From an uncultured Pseudomonadota bacterium (GTDB lineage Bacteria; Babelota; Babeliae; Babelales; Vermiphilaceae): a stretch of 40,199 nucleotides of DNA. Both the position numbers and the translations under genes were made by a program. The notes beneath the pieces are model-generated. The model saw nothing but the letters and a program-made list of their open reading frames with translations. It was not told where the DNA came from and searched no databases. Positions 7,669 through 17,337 of the stretch are shown piece after piece (position 1 is the stretch's first letter; the number at the start of each line of letters is the position of its first letter). The stretch covers positions 1 to 40,199 of the forward strand of contig CAZPZX010000001.1 of the NCBI GenBank assembly GCA_964591235.1, read 5' to 3'.

Positions 7669-7926
7669 TTACGTTTTTATTTTTTTGTTTTTACTGTCAC
7701 TTTCAGTACGACATTCTTTAATAAACTGTTTATGGTACTGCTCAATGCAGCTACGGCGAATGCTGTCAGCACTGTTATCAGAATAGAAACCATGTGTATG
7801 CGGGTTTTTACAAGTTTTCACTAGCGCTTTAAATTTAGAATATGCAAAAAGACAGTTCTTTTTTTCAGATGCTTGAATTATACCTACGCTCATGATCAAA
7901 AAGCTGCCAGAAAGAATGCTTTTCAT
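7669..7926 (-). CDS. Small secreted Cys-containing protein
   Basis: ATG at 7926 follows AAGGAG. The leader is MKSILSGSFLIMSVGIIQA. The mature part has four Cys and a basic tail. Confidence 0.6.
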   Translation of the reverse strand: MKSILSGSFLIMSVGIIQASEKKNCLFAYSKFKALVKTCKNPHTHGFYSDNSADSIRRSCIEQYHKQFIKECRTESDSKNKKIKT

Positions 7927-7945
7927 AACTAACTCCTTTTTAAAA

Positions 7946-8863
7946 TTATGAGGGCATATCAAAATAAATTATTGAAGCGTTGTTAATGAGATTTTTTTGA
8001 AACTCTGCTAATAGTTGGCCGTATTTTGGTTTTCTTAGCGTAGCAACAATATCATTATAGCGCTCTTCAAGTGTTTTAAGGCGTCCTGGGCGTTTACTTA
8101 CAAGCCTAAATAATTCAAAGCCATATATTGAATCATACGGTTGGCTAATTTGGCCCGGCTCTAACTCTAAAATGAACTGTTTATCTGCAGCGATTTCATT
8201 TTCATTAATCCAGAATGGTGGATTCCATTTAAATACTTTTTTAGGATCGTTTTTTTCTATAACTTTTTGCAAATAATTCAGTTGCTCTTCTTTGCTTTGT
8301 GTTTTAGCAAATGGCACTACATAATATTCAAGCTGATACGCACTCGGCTCTTGCTCTGGATGATCATTGAAATAGGCAATCACATCACTTTCAGGAACCA
8401 CTAAATTTCCGGTAATTTTAAAACCTATTAATGAATTGATCGCATTCATCTGCGCAAATGCATTACGGCCCTCTGCGGGCGTATAGCCTAAAGTAACCAT
8501 CAGATCTTCAAATTCTTTAGGCGTTTTATGATTTGCTTGTCCAAGCATACGCAACTGTTTATCCACATCTTCGGGACTTGGCCAGAGTTTATACTTGCGC
8601 GCTTCTTGTCCATACGCAGCATCATTAATTGCTTCTTCAAGCGTGATTTTTGTGCCATCAAGGCGTGGACGCTCTAATTCCGAAGCCATAATTAAATCAG
8701 TGCCCTCTGAACCTCTAAAAACTGCTTTAATGCCATCAACAAACACCATCTTTTTTTTAGGTTGATAAACTGCGTTTGCTGCTTTAACAGGAATAGTTGC
8801 ATCGACTGCATATAGCAATCCATGAAATGATAACCAGATAAATAATGCTTTATTTGCTTGCAT
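7946..8863 (-). CDS. SurA-like periplasmic chaperone / degenerate parvulin PPIase
   Basis: It has a signal peptide and an AAGGAAG Shine-Dalgarno. The helical N-domain followed by a degenerate rotamase-like C-part (..GQISQPYDSIYGFELFRL..) resembles SurA/PpiD-type chaperones by eye. Confidence 0.5.
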   Translation of the reverse strand: MQANKALFIWLSFHGLLYAVDATIPVKAANAVYQPKKKMVFVDGIKAVFRGSEGTDLIMASELERPRLDGTKITLEEAINDAAYGQEARKYKLWPSPEDVDKQLRMLGQANHKTPKEFEDLMVTLGYTPAEGRNAFAQMNAINSLIGFKITGNLVVPESDVIAYFNDHPEQEPSAYQLEYYVVPFAKTQSKEEQLNYLQKVIEKNDPKKVFKWNPPFWINENEIAADKQFILELEPGQISQPYDSIYGFELFRLVSKRPGRLKTLEERYNDIVATLRKPKYGQLLAEFQKNLINNASIIYFDMPS

Positions 8864-8888
8864 GGCGGCTTCCTTTTGTATTGCTCAT

Positions 8889-8920
8889 ATAAAAAGGGGA
8901 ACCATAATGATTCCCCTTTA
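8889..8920 (-). terminator. Intrinsic terminator after the 8956..9957 gene
   Basis: A 9-bp stem AAAGGGGAA / TTCCCCTTT runs 8893-8901 / 8911-8919. On the minus strand it is followed by TTTTTATAT. Confidence 0.6.
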
Positions 8921-8955
8921 AATCTAGTATATCAGAAAACTGATAGTGCGCACTA

Positions 8956-9957
8956 CTAAGCTGCGCGCGCCGGTGCCGAAGCAGTAGTTTTTTCTTGAGC
9001 TGATTTTTCTGGCATTACCACTTCTAATTGTTGATCATTTTCGATCTCTTTTGGCGCAGCTGGTGCAGCCGTTTTCATTTCAAAATTATATTTCTTTTTA
9101 AGGCCTTCAAGTGCTTTTTCAAGTGATTCATTTTGTTTTTCACCCGCAACGCGTTGCTCAATAGCGCCTTTTACTTCTTCATAGCTGCGATATTTAGGAG
9201 CTTCTTTTGCACCCGCATATACAACATAGTAGGTAGTATCATTCACTTTAATTAACTCAGTTGAAGGAAGTTTTTTGATCGCAAGAACTTTTTCACGCAA
9301 CACAGGCTCAATGCCATAGCTATTTGCATGTACTAACTTATAATCACGGAACTTATCAGCAAGTTTTGCTTCTTTTGCAACTTCTTCGAGTTTGCCCGGT
9401 TTTGCTTTCGCTTTTTCTAAGAATGCTTTTGCGTCAACTTCTTTTGCAAATGAAACACTGCTTACTGGTACGCCTCCGCGAGATACCATTGCTTCAGGAA
9501 GATTTTCTTTATTCTTCTCAAAGTATGCTTTCTTCTCATCTTCAGATACAACCGGTTGATGTTGTGATGCAAAAGTACGGCCGTTTAGCATTTGAGTAAA
9601 TGCTTCTTGTTGTTGCATATATTCTTTTGTTTTGTTCCAACCATTTGCATTAACTTCGAGCGTAATTAATTTTTGAATCGCCATCGATTGCGCTAAATGA
9701 TCTTCAATACCTTCGATTTGCGCAAGTTGCGGATTCATTTCGATGATTGTTTTTAATTGATTGTTTACTTCAGAGCGATAGAGAATCGGTTTGCCATCAG
9801 CCGTTGCAACAACTTCATCGCCCGCAACTGGTGCAGCAGATTCGGTAGCATCAGTTTTAACCATACCTAATTTATTTTTTAACCAATCGCAGCTTGGCAA
9901 CAAAGCCAATGAACTTAAAACAAGAACGATGCTCATTTTTGATGAGAAACTCTTCAT
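8956..9957 (-). CDS. Putative lipoprotein, PrsA/SurA-like chaperone
   Basis: The leader ends in the lipobox-like LLPSC. The helical N-part and parvulin-like C-part (..STELIKVNDTTYYVVYAG..) suggest the family. The C-terminal tail is Ala/Pro-rich. Confidence 0.5.
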   Translation of the reverse strand: MKSFSSKMSIVLVLSSLALLPSCDWLKNKLGMVKTDATESAAPVAGDEVVATADGKPILYRSEVNNQLKTIIEMNPQLAQIEGIEDHLAQSMAIQKLITLEVNANGWNKTKEYMQQQEAFTQMLNGRTFASQHQPVVSEDEKKAYFEKNKENLPEAMVSRGGVPVSSVSFAKEVDAKAFLEKAKAKPGKLEEVAKEAKLADKFRDYKLVHANSYGIEPVLREKVLAIKKLPSTELIKVNDTTYYVVYAGAKEAPKYRSYEEVKGAIEQRVAGEKQNESLEKALEGLKKKYNFEMKTAAPAAPKEIENDQQLEVVMPEKSAQEKTTASAPARAA

Positions 9958-10151
9958 AGCATAACCCTTTTGAAAATAGTGAAGTTAAACAATTGCAATA
10001 TCCTCTAGATATACCGTAAAATAAGCATCCTATCAAGGTGACTTCATAAATACGCACTATAATTGAAATAAAAAAATTGATTTAAGAATCACACTTGCTT
10101 AGACTACTGGCAAGCAAAATTAAAGTCATACGTTCACAAAAAAGGAAATTT

Positions 10152-11741
10152 ATGCGCATCATCAAAACAGTATTTTGCCTTTCTTTATTATTGGTAAATT
10201 TAAATTTTAATGGGATGCAAAAACCGCCAGCTAAAGCTCCTGTGAATGTTCCAAAACCAGTAGTTACTGCAGATATTCAAGATAATGAAGATGAAAATGC
10301 GTGGTTTTCTTCACTCGTAAATTACGTTAGTAAAAAAGTAGATCCATTAGGATATGCTACTGACAATAAGGCGATCAGTTATTACAATCAAGCACTCAGC
10401 TATAATCCAGAGTTACCTGAGCCAAAAAAACTCAATTTAGATGATACTTCTAAAAAAGTTCTACATAAAATAACTCCCCGTATTATGGCGGCCCGCAAAC
10501 AGTTGTTAGAAGCAGTAGAATCGAAAGATCCTGACCATAAAGCAATTGAAACACTTCTTGAATTATATAGACAAGTACCTCAAGTATTTTCTGAGTGCGA
10601 TTGCGCACTTTTATTCGGTCTACATAATTGGAGACGTAATACGCACAAAAAAAGCGTACATGAATTAAGTTATTATAGACCAAATGAACAAGCAGTAGAT
10701 CAAAGCAAATCAGTTATTCTTGATTCCCAGAAATCAAAACAAGAATTAGTAATAAATGCAGTCGAACTTAGAAAGCTCGCTGAGCAACAGTATAACTGGT
10801 GGAATCCTGCTGAAATAATTGCCGAAGGAGTACATTACTTAAAAAAACACTATACACATCCAATAGAACATCTGACTACAGTAGATTCCATAAAGTTATG
10901 CGCCGGCATGTCATATTTTAATCCTCTCAATCCTCTTCACAACACTGATCCTGAGTTTACATTAAAACCTGATTTAGAATGGCATAGAAAATTAGCCAAA
11001 AAAGTTTTAGGAAGAGAAGATATTCACTTAGTTAATTTGGTTTACAACATTTTACATAAACGGACTACAAACGCAATGCGACTAAGCAAGCCGGTAATAG
11101 AAACGGCCAGTTCTACCGTTCCTCTTTCTATTTTCTCACCACTTACTATTGCACTTGCTGATGGATATCTAACGTTTATTAAAAATAGCAAAATAGACAA
11201 CACTCCTACTGAACCACAAAAAATAGAAGCACAAAGAAAGCAAGAAGAAGAAAGAAAAAAAGCTATAGACGAGGCCGCAGCACAAAAGAAAGCTCAAGCT
11301 CAGCTAGAAGAATTAAAACGCCAACAAACTCTTAAAGAAAAAGAAGCTTCAGATGCCCAAAAACTTGAAGAAGAAATTAACCGCCGTGTTGCACAAAAAC
11401 TAGAAGAAGAAAAAAAACAGGCAGAAGAATTGAAAAATCGTTTAGCAAAAGAAAAAGAGGAAGCTGAAGCGGCATTCAAAGCTGTTCAAGAAAAACAACG
11501 TACAGCAAAATTACAAGCATTAGCAGAATCTAGTTCTCCATCAAGCAGTACTTCCCAGATACCTACGGTAGTGGCCGGCTCTGCATCGGCGACTCCTCAT
11601 CAAATATATCAAGCAGACACAGCAGTCCCTAAACTAGAACAGAATCCCGAAGATGTCTGCAAATGCGGTTCGACAAAGAAATACAAAAATTGTTGTAAGA
11701 AAGCAACTACACCTTCCGGCTCACCACAACGGCCGAAATAG
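10152..11741 (+). CDS. Large secreted/anchored protein with K/E/A-rich coiled coil and C-terminal SEC-C zinc motif
   Basis: ATG at 10152 follows AAAAAGGAAA. The leader is MRIIKTVFCLSLLLVNLNFNG. A purine-rich coiled-coil region spans about 11210-11530. CKCGSTKKYKNCC at 11658-11696 matches the SEC-C consensus. Confidence 0.7.
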   Translation: MRIIKTVFCLSLLLVNLNFNGMQKPPAKAPVNVPKPVVTADIQDNEDENAWFSSLVNYVSKKVDPLGYATDNKAISYYNQALSYNPELPEPKKLNLDDTSKKVLHKITPRIMAARKQLLEAVESKDPDHKAIETLLELYRQVPQVFSECDCALLFGLHNWRRNTHKKSVHELSYYRPNEQAVDQSKSVILDSQKSKQELVINAVELRKLAEQQYNWWNPAEIIAEGVHYLKKHYTHPIEHLTTVDSIKLCAGMSYFNPLNPLHNTDPEFTLKPDLEWHRKLAKKVLGREDIHLVNLVYNILHKRTTNAMRLSKPVIETASSTVPLSIFSPLTIALADGYLTFIKNSKIDNTPTEPQKIEAQRKQEEERKKAIDEAAAQKKAQAQLEELKRQQTLKEKEASDAQKLEEEINRRVAQKLEEEKKQAEELKNRLAKEKEEAEAAFKAVQEKQRTAKLQALAESSSPSSSTSQIPTVVAGSASATPHQIYQADTAVPKLEQNPEDVCKCGSTKKYKNCCKKATTPSGSPQRPK

Positions 11742-12399
11742 AAGCCGGCTTGAGCGCAAGCAGTTGTTTTGCACTGGCAATTAATGTTGATCCGGTTGTC
11801 ATTAAATCATCGACTAAGACTAAATGTTTGTTTTCATACAGGTTTACGTTAGTTGATGATTTTAATTCAAATGCTTCTTTTACATTTGATGCGCGTAATT
11901 CTGCCGCAAGCGATGATTGAAATGGAGTATTTTTAGTTCTCTTTAAAATGTTTGCAACCGGCACAATACGCTCAATCGCTAAAGCTTTTGCAATCTCATG
12001 CGCTTGATTGTATCCACGCTTAGCATGGCGTATCCAATGCAATGGAACGGGAATTAAATAATCGCACGGCATATGTTTAAAATAGGTCATCTTCCAAATC
12101 AGTTGGCCCAGTTGAGAACAGGCAGTAATATCGCTCCATGATTTTGCTAAAAGTAATGTTTTAAGTGGCTCTTGATAATCTGCAATTGCTAAAACGGTCA
12201 TTGATTGGGTTTTAGTGATTTGCAACTGCACTGAAACTATAGGACTTATCATGTCATGGCATGACATACAAAACACAGTTCGCGCTGATAAAAATTGTTT
12301 GCAGTACGCGCAAAATGGCGGCGCAATCACTTGATCGACACTTAGCTGATACAAGCGAGAAAGATTTGTTTTAAATGATTTAAGTAATTCCTGATGCAT
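11707..12399 (-). CDS. comF: ComF-family phosphoribosyltransferase-like protein
   Basis: It has an N-terminal double CxxC (CAYCKQ..CMSCHD) and the PRTase motif LVLVDDLMTTGSTL. The start shares one base with the lspA stop (TAATG). Confidence 0.75.
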   Translation of the reverse strand: MHQELLKSFKTNLSRLYQLSVDQVIAPPFCAYCKQFLSARTVFCMSCHDMISPIVSVQLQITKTQSMTVLAIADYQEPLKTLLLAKSWSDITACSQLGQLIWKMTYFKHMPCDYLIPVPLHWIRHAKRGYNQAHEIAKALAIERIVPVANILKRTKNTPFQSSLAAELRASNVKEAFELKSSTNVNLYENKHLVLVDDLMTTGSTLIASAKQLLALKPASISAVVVSRKV

Positions 12400-12857
12400 T
12401 ATCTATTTTTTATGTGTTGAAAAAGAAGTAATATAACGCCTGTCACTATAGCAGCATCGGCAATATTAAATGCCGGCCAACTCCACTCACCTGCAGAAAG
12501 CACAATAAAATCGATCACTCCTCCATGCATAAGCCGATCATAATAGTTGCTTACTGCACCTGCCAAAATTAAAACATTCGGGAGGATCGAAATAGATAAT
12601 TTCGCACAATACCAGGTATAAATCGCCATCGCAATGATCACTGTAGCAATCAAACTATTAATGATCCAAAATTGCATGGCATTTGAAGAATTAAACAATC
12701 CCCAATTAATTCCGCGATTAAAGGTTAATCCAAATGAAAGAAATTGATTAACCATCAATTCTTGCGTTATGCCCAATGCCCAGCATTTAGTTATTCTATC
12801 GAGTAAAATAACAATTACAGTAAATATAAGATAAAACAAACTCGTTTTTTTTTTCAT
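12399..12857 (-). CDS. lspA: Lipoprotein signal peptidase (signal peptidase II)
   Basis: The motifs FNRGINWGLF, SNYYDRL, VIDFIV and FNIADAAI are present across four TM segments. The start overlaps the pheT stop (ATGA). Confidence 0.85.
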   Translation of the reverse strand: MKKKTSLFYLIFTVIVILLDRITKCWALGITQELMVNQFLSFGLTFNRGINWGLFNSSNAMQFWIINSLIATVIIAMAIYTWYCAKLSISILPNVLILAGAVSNYYDRLMHGGVIDFIVLSAGEWSWPAFNIADAAIVTGVILLLFQHIKNR

Positions 12858-15175
12858 CGAATAACAGCGCCTTGTTTTTGCAGGTAATCGGTCACTTTTT
12901 TGACAATCTCATCAGCCTGCATTGAGCTCATGGTCGCCTGAGAATCGATCATAGAAATGCGGAAAGTAAGTGATTTTTGATCCTGCCATTCTGCTTTTTG
13001 GAAGAAATCCATTAAATCAACGGCAACAATCTTAGTATCAAGCATTTTTAATGAACTGCGCAGATCTTGAACCTTAGCTGAAAGTGGTATGAGCATACTC
13101 ACATCGCGGGTAATACCGGGATATTTGCTTGATGCTGAAAAGCGTTTGATTGACAGCTTATGATTTGCTAAGAAATATGCATCAAATTCGAAAATAAAGG
13201 CATCACCATTGGCGATTTTATTAAAGAATGTCGGATCAACTTTACCAGCAGTTCCAATCACCACTCCATCGCAGACTAAAATTGCTGTTTGATACGGCAA
13301 ATACCAGGGTGCTAGTGTTTTTGCATCGGCTTTTATCCAATCAAAATGCATACCCAGCAATTTTGCTAAAGCACATAATTTTTGCTTTGCATCATAAAAA
13401 TCAATTGATTGTTTTTGATCAATAAAAACACCTGCCAAGCACGGGCGTTCACTGGCCGCAGTTCCTTCTGGCCATATTTTTGCCCATTCAAAGAAGTTCA
13501 GCTTATCGTATTCTTGCGCATGAACTTCAACAGCTTTTAATAAGTTGGGAATCAACGTAGTCACTAATCGTTGCCAGTTTTGCGAAACTGCTTCTTGAAC
13601 CTGTAAAGTTTTGCCTGGTTGCCAGTTAATCGTATTTAAAAATGCTTCATCAAAGAATGCATAGGTATACAATTCACGCATATTGAGTGAAAAGGCAAGA
13701 AGTTGCTTGATGCGTCGCATGCGATTAACCGCCGTTACGTCAAACGGCTTGGTGATTCGTGAAGGTAAATGTTCAGTAATGTTGTCATAGCCATAAAAAC
13801 GCGCAATTTCTTCAACGATATCTTGTTTAATATTGATATCTTTAGTTGCACGATATGAAGGAACCACAATTTTATATGTGTCATTGTTCGCATCAACCGC
13901 AAAACCAAGCATTTGCAATGTTTTAATTATAAAATCTGGAGTTATTGAAACTCCCAATTGCTGCTCGATAAACGAATGTTTTATCGTGATATGTTTGGTA
14001 ACATACGATGGCTTGATCGATATAATTGGATCTTGTGCAACAAATGATATCTTTGCATCATCTAAAATTTTTAAAAATCTATAAATTGCGCTGACATTTT
14101 GCGAAGGATCTGAATCTTTTTCAAAACGCGCCGATGATTCAGTACGTTTTTTTGCACGCACGGCAGTCTTTCTAATAACTGCCGGATCAAAATTTGCTGA
14201 TTCTAAGAAAATAGATTCTGTTTGCAACGTTTGCACACCGCTGTGTGCACCACCCATGATTCCTGCTAATGCGACCGGATCAACACCATCAGTAATTACT
14301 AAATCATCTGAGGTAAGTTCTACACTGGTGCCATCAAGCACTTGGATTGTTTCTTTATTTTTTGCATCACGCACTAAAATCAGATTCTGTTTTAATTTTT
14401 GAGCGTCAAATGCATGCATCGGTTGACTTAAATCAAGCATTACATAGTTGGTCGCATCTACTACCAAATTAATCGGGCGCGAATCAACTTTTGCTAAGCG
14501 CGCTGCAATGAATGGCATACTTGCAGGGGTGTTAATCTTTTGAAAATAAAGACCGGCAAAACTACGGCACCCAAGCGTATCTTCAATGCGAACCTTAAAA
14601 TGTTCATTGCCACCGGTTTCTTTAAGACCATATTCTTTAATTGCATGAGGCATCAGCATGCCATCGATCGCTTTAAAAGGTAATTTAAGCATTGCAGCAA
14701 CTTCACGTGCCACACCACGATGGCCCCACATATCAGGACGATGATTAATCGATTTATTATCAAGATGTAAAATCACATCTTCTGTTTCAACACTCTTTTT
14801 CCAATTACCCGCTAAATCTTGTTCAGAAATAGTAACTGCCGGAAATAACCCTTCTTTTTCTGAGCCTAAATGAGTTAATCGTGCCCAGTTATAAGTATCT
14901 TTATCACGTGCAATCAAATAAATTTGATTAGTTGCTACCCCTTCACGCAATGGCATATCTATTGTTTGCTTCCATTCAGCAGATTCAACGATAACCGTAG
15001 AACTATTTACCGCTTTTACTTTGGCAGCACTTACATTTTTTAAATCGATAGAAAAGGTATCAAAGCCTTCAATCTCAGCTGTTGTTTTATTAAACAGGCT
15101 TACTAACGCAGGGACATCAATAGAACGCCAGTCAGCATCAATATGGTCAAAAAGCCAAGCAAGGGAAAGCTTCAT
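12854..15175 (-). CDS. pheT: Phenylalanine--tRNA ligase beta subunit
   Basis: The 773-aa protein starts MKLSLAWLFDHID and shows B3/4, B5 and C-terminal FDX-ACB-like regions by eye (..HAFDAQKL.., ..IMGGAHSGV..). Confidence 0.95.
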   Translation of the reverse strand: MKLSLAWLFDHIDADWRSIDVPALVSLFNKTTAEIEGFDTFSIDLKNVSAAKVKAVNSSTVIVESAEWKQTIDMPLREGVATNQIYLIARDKDTYNWARLTHLGSEKEGLFPAVTISEQDLAGNWKKSVETEDVILHLDNKSINHRPDMWGHRGVAREVAAMLKLPFKAIDGMLMPHAIKEYGLKETGGNEHFKVRIEDTLGCRSFAGLYFQKINTPASMPFIAARLAKVDSRPINLVVDATNYVMLDLSQPMHAFDAQKLKQNLILVRDAKNKETIQVLDGTSVELTSDDLVITDGVDPVALAGIMGGAHSGVQTLQTESIFLESANFDPAVIRKTAVRAKKRTESSARFEKDSDPSQNVSAIYRFLKILDDAKISFVAQDPIISIKPSYVTKHITIKHSFIEQQLGVSITPDFIIKTLQMLGFAVDANNDTYKIVVPSYRATKDINIKQDIVEEIARFYGYDNITEHLPSRITKPFDVTAVNRMRRIKQLLAFSLNMRELYTYAFFDEAFLNTINWQPGKTLQVQEAVSQNWQRLVTTLIPNLLKAVEVHAQEYDKLNFFEWAKIWPEGTAASERPCLAGVFIDQKQSIDFYDAKQKLCALAKLLGMHFDWIKADAKTLAPWYLPYQTAILVCDGVVIGTAGKVDPTFFNKIANGDAFIFEFDAYFLANHKLSIKRFSASSKYPGITRDVSMLIPLSAKVQDLRSSLKMLDTKIVAVDLMDFFQKAEWQDQKSLTFRISMIDSQATMSSMQADEIVKKVTDYLQKQGAVIR

Positions 15176-15327
15176 GTATGAATACCTTTGGTTATGAAAA
15201 ATGAGAGTTTTAAAGTAGATTACGGCAAAATAGACTCGGCTGCAAATTAGCAGTCACACATTTCATGACATTTAGTTATTTTAGTGTTATTACTCACCCA
15301 ATAGGTATTAATAACTATGGGGAGTGT

Positions 15328-15717
15328 ATGAACTTAAAATGGCTAATATTTGGTCTATTACACACGCTTCCAGCTTTATGCATGGAACAGGATACATTAA
15401 AGAAAGTCAGCTTTGAAAATCTACTTTCTATAGATCTAAAGTACACTACAATCCTGCAAGAGCGTGGGCGCTTCTTGATTCATGGAAACTCGTGCGGAAA
15501 CCTTAACCCGCAACAACAACTGCTTCTTAATCTCGACCCTGAGTCAAAAAACCCTGCAGGGGGAGCTTTACCCATTAAATTCTATGTAACAGCAGTTCAT
15601 GGAAAAACAACCATGACAAAACGTTATATTATTGAAGAATATTGCCATTACCTTTTTGTTCCCGACGAAAAAGAGGTTTTTGTTATTAAGAAGCGTGCGC
15701 ACGAGCAGCAAAAGTAG
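15328..15717 (+). CDS. Small secreted protein, unknown function
   Basis: GGGGAG lies upstream of the ATG at 15328. The leader is MNLKWLIFGLLHTLPALC followed by MEQD. Confidence 0.55.
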   Translation: MNLKWLIFGLLHTLPALCMEQDTLKKVSFENLLSIDLKYTTILQERGRFLIHGNSCGNLNPQQQLLLNLDPESKNPAGGALPIKFYVTAVHGKTTMTKRYIIEEYCHYLFVPDEKEVFVIKKRAHEQQK

Positions 15718-15792
15718 CGATTTCTATTGCCTTTTTGTCCTATAATCGATATTTTTAGAAAGATATTCTTCATTTTTTTTAAGGCTCATCTC

Positions 15793-16554
15793 ATGCAGCA
15801 GTTTCTTGTCATCGACAATGTTTCTAAAATTTATCAAGATCAAAACAATACCGTAAAAGCTCTGGATAAGGTTCATGTAACTATCCATCAAGGTGAAATT
15901 TTTGGACTTTTAGGAGTCAATGGAGCCGGCAAAACTACCCTTTCATCTATTATTGCTACCCTTCATCCGGCAAGTTCAGGTGATATCCTATTTAAAGGCA
16001 AATCAATTTATAGCGACATCATTACTTACCGCCGCTCATTAGGATTTTGCCCTCAAAAACAAAATCTAGATACTTACTTAAACGTTAAAGACAACTTAAT
16101 CTTTGCCGGCAGGTATTTCCTATTACCCGAATCAGTTATCCAAGAACGTGCTGCAAAGCTCATGGATCAATTAGAATTGACCCGCTATGCTACTTTTAAT
16201 ATCGATCAACTTTCGGGTGGAACCAAACAGCGCGTACTCATTGCCCGTGCATTAATGCACAATCCTGAGATCGTTTTATTAGATGAACCGACAGTCGGTC
16301 TGGATCCTGATATTCGCCGTAAGTTATGGGATATAATTCTTGATCTAAAGAAAATGGGGATCACCGTTATTTTAACGACTCATTACCTTGATGAAGCCGA
16401 ACAATTATGCGATCGCATCTGCATTTTAAATAAAGGGAGAATTCAATTAATCGCTGCAACTAAAGAGCTAAAAGCAGAACATGCTATGGCTTCACTTGAA
16501 GAGATTTTCTTGCGCTTAACCAAACAAGCTGAAAGAGATATCAATAATGTATAG
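15793..16554 (+). CDS. ABC transporter ATP-binding protein (ABC-2/DrrA-like)
   Basis: It has Walker A GVNGAGKTT, signature LSGGTKQR and Walker B VLLDEPTVGLD. I chose ATG at 15793 rather than the 15727 extension. Confidence 0.85.
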   Translation: MQQFLVIDNVSKIYQDQNNTVKALDKVHVTIHQGEIFGLLGVNGAGKTTLSSIIATLHPASSGDILFKGKSIYSDIITYRRSLGFCPQKQNLDTYLNVKDNLIFAGRYFLLPESVIQERAAKLMDQLELTRYATFNIDQLSGGTKQRVLIARALMHNPEIVLLDEPTVGLDPDIRRKLWDIILDLKKMGITVILTTHYLDEAEQLCDRICILNKGRIQLIAATKELKAEHAMASLEEIFLRLTKQAERDINNV

Positions 16555-17329
16555 CGAATATTTTCAAACCTTTTGCGTTCTTGCACATCGTGATTTGCGT
16601 CTTATTGCTCACGGCATCAAGGGCCGCTTGATTGACGGATGTATTATCGTTTTTCTGCAGACACTTGCTATCGGGCAGTTTTTGCCTTTACTGGGGATGC
16701 CACAATCGATGATTGCTCCCTTGTATATTGGTACCATCACACAGGTAGTTTTTTCAACATCATTTGCAGTTGCCTTTAGATATGTGTATGACATTGAAAA
16801 AGTTCGTTTCTTTCGCTATCAGATGAGTTTGCCACTACCTAAAACATTATTATTTGCTGAATATATCTTTGCATTCATGTTAGAAATTTTGAGTATTTTA
16901 ATTCCTGTTTTTTGTATCGGAACCTTATTGCTTGGAGCATCATTCCCCCTTGATCAGATGCGCATACTACCAAGTATTGGTATGTTCTTTTTAATGATAT
17001 TTTTTTACTCATTAATTTTTATATACCTTGCTTTTTCACTAAACTATTTTTGGTTTTTAGATAATGTCTGGGTACGTCGTATTGGTCCAATGTTTTTATT
17101 AGGATGCACATTTTTTACCTGGAAACAGGCAAATAATTTTTCACCACTTTTTGGAAAAATATTCTTGCTGAGTCCCGTGACCTATACTCATGAAGGAATG
17201 CGTGCTGCAATACTTGGTCAAGAAAATTATTTACCGCTATGGATTTGTGTAAGTGTTATTATAGGTTGCAGTGCAATTTTAATTTTCTTACTGCAACGCG
17301 CAATAAAGCGTCGTCTTGATCCGATATAG
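16547..17329 (+). CDS. ABC-2 type permease, subunit 1
   Basis: About 6 TM segments are visible. The start overlaps the ATPase stop by 8 nt. It shares YDIE..R...YQM.LP and P.TY..EG.R motifs with the next gene. Confidence 0.7.
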   Translation: MYSEYFQTFCVLAHRDLRLIAHGIKGRLIDGCIIVFLQTLAIGQFLPLLGMPQSMIAPLYIGTITQVVFSTSFAVAFRYVYDIEKVRFFRYQMSLPLPKTLLFAEYIFAFMLEILSILIPVFCIGTLLLGASFPLDQMRILPSIGMFFLMIFFYSLIFIYLAFSLNYFWFLDNVWVRRIGPMFLLGCTFFTWKQANNFSPLFGKIFLLSPVTYTHEGMRAAILGQENYLPLWICVSVIIGCSAILIFLLQRAIKRRLDPI

Positions 17330-17337
17330 GAATTGCT

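Noticed and set aside
11210-11530. A purine-rich, apparently repetitive DNA stretch.
   Set aside because: It is in-frame low-complexity coding sequence for a K/E/A coiled coil (for example, AQKLEEE appears twice). It is not a spaced-repeat array or a satellite.
15727-15792. Long N-terminal extensions are offered by the ORF track. Similar extensions occur at 10095-10151, 15265-15327, 20122-20208, 21830-21847, 22762-22803, 24936-24974, 29181-29237 and 31767-31820.
   Set aside because: The extensions start at non-ATG or Shine-Dalgarno-less codons and add non-homologous residues. Downstream ATGs have Shine-Dalgarno sequences and give canonical N-termini or leaders.
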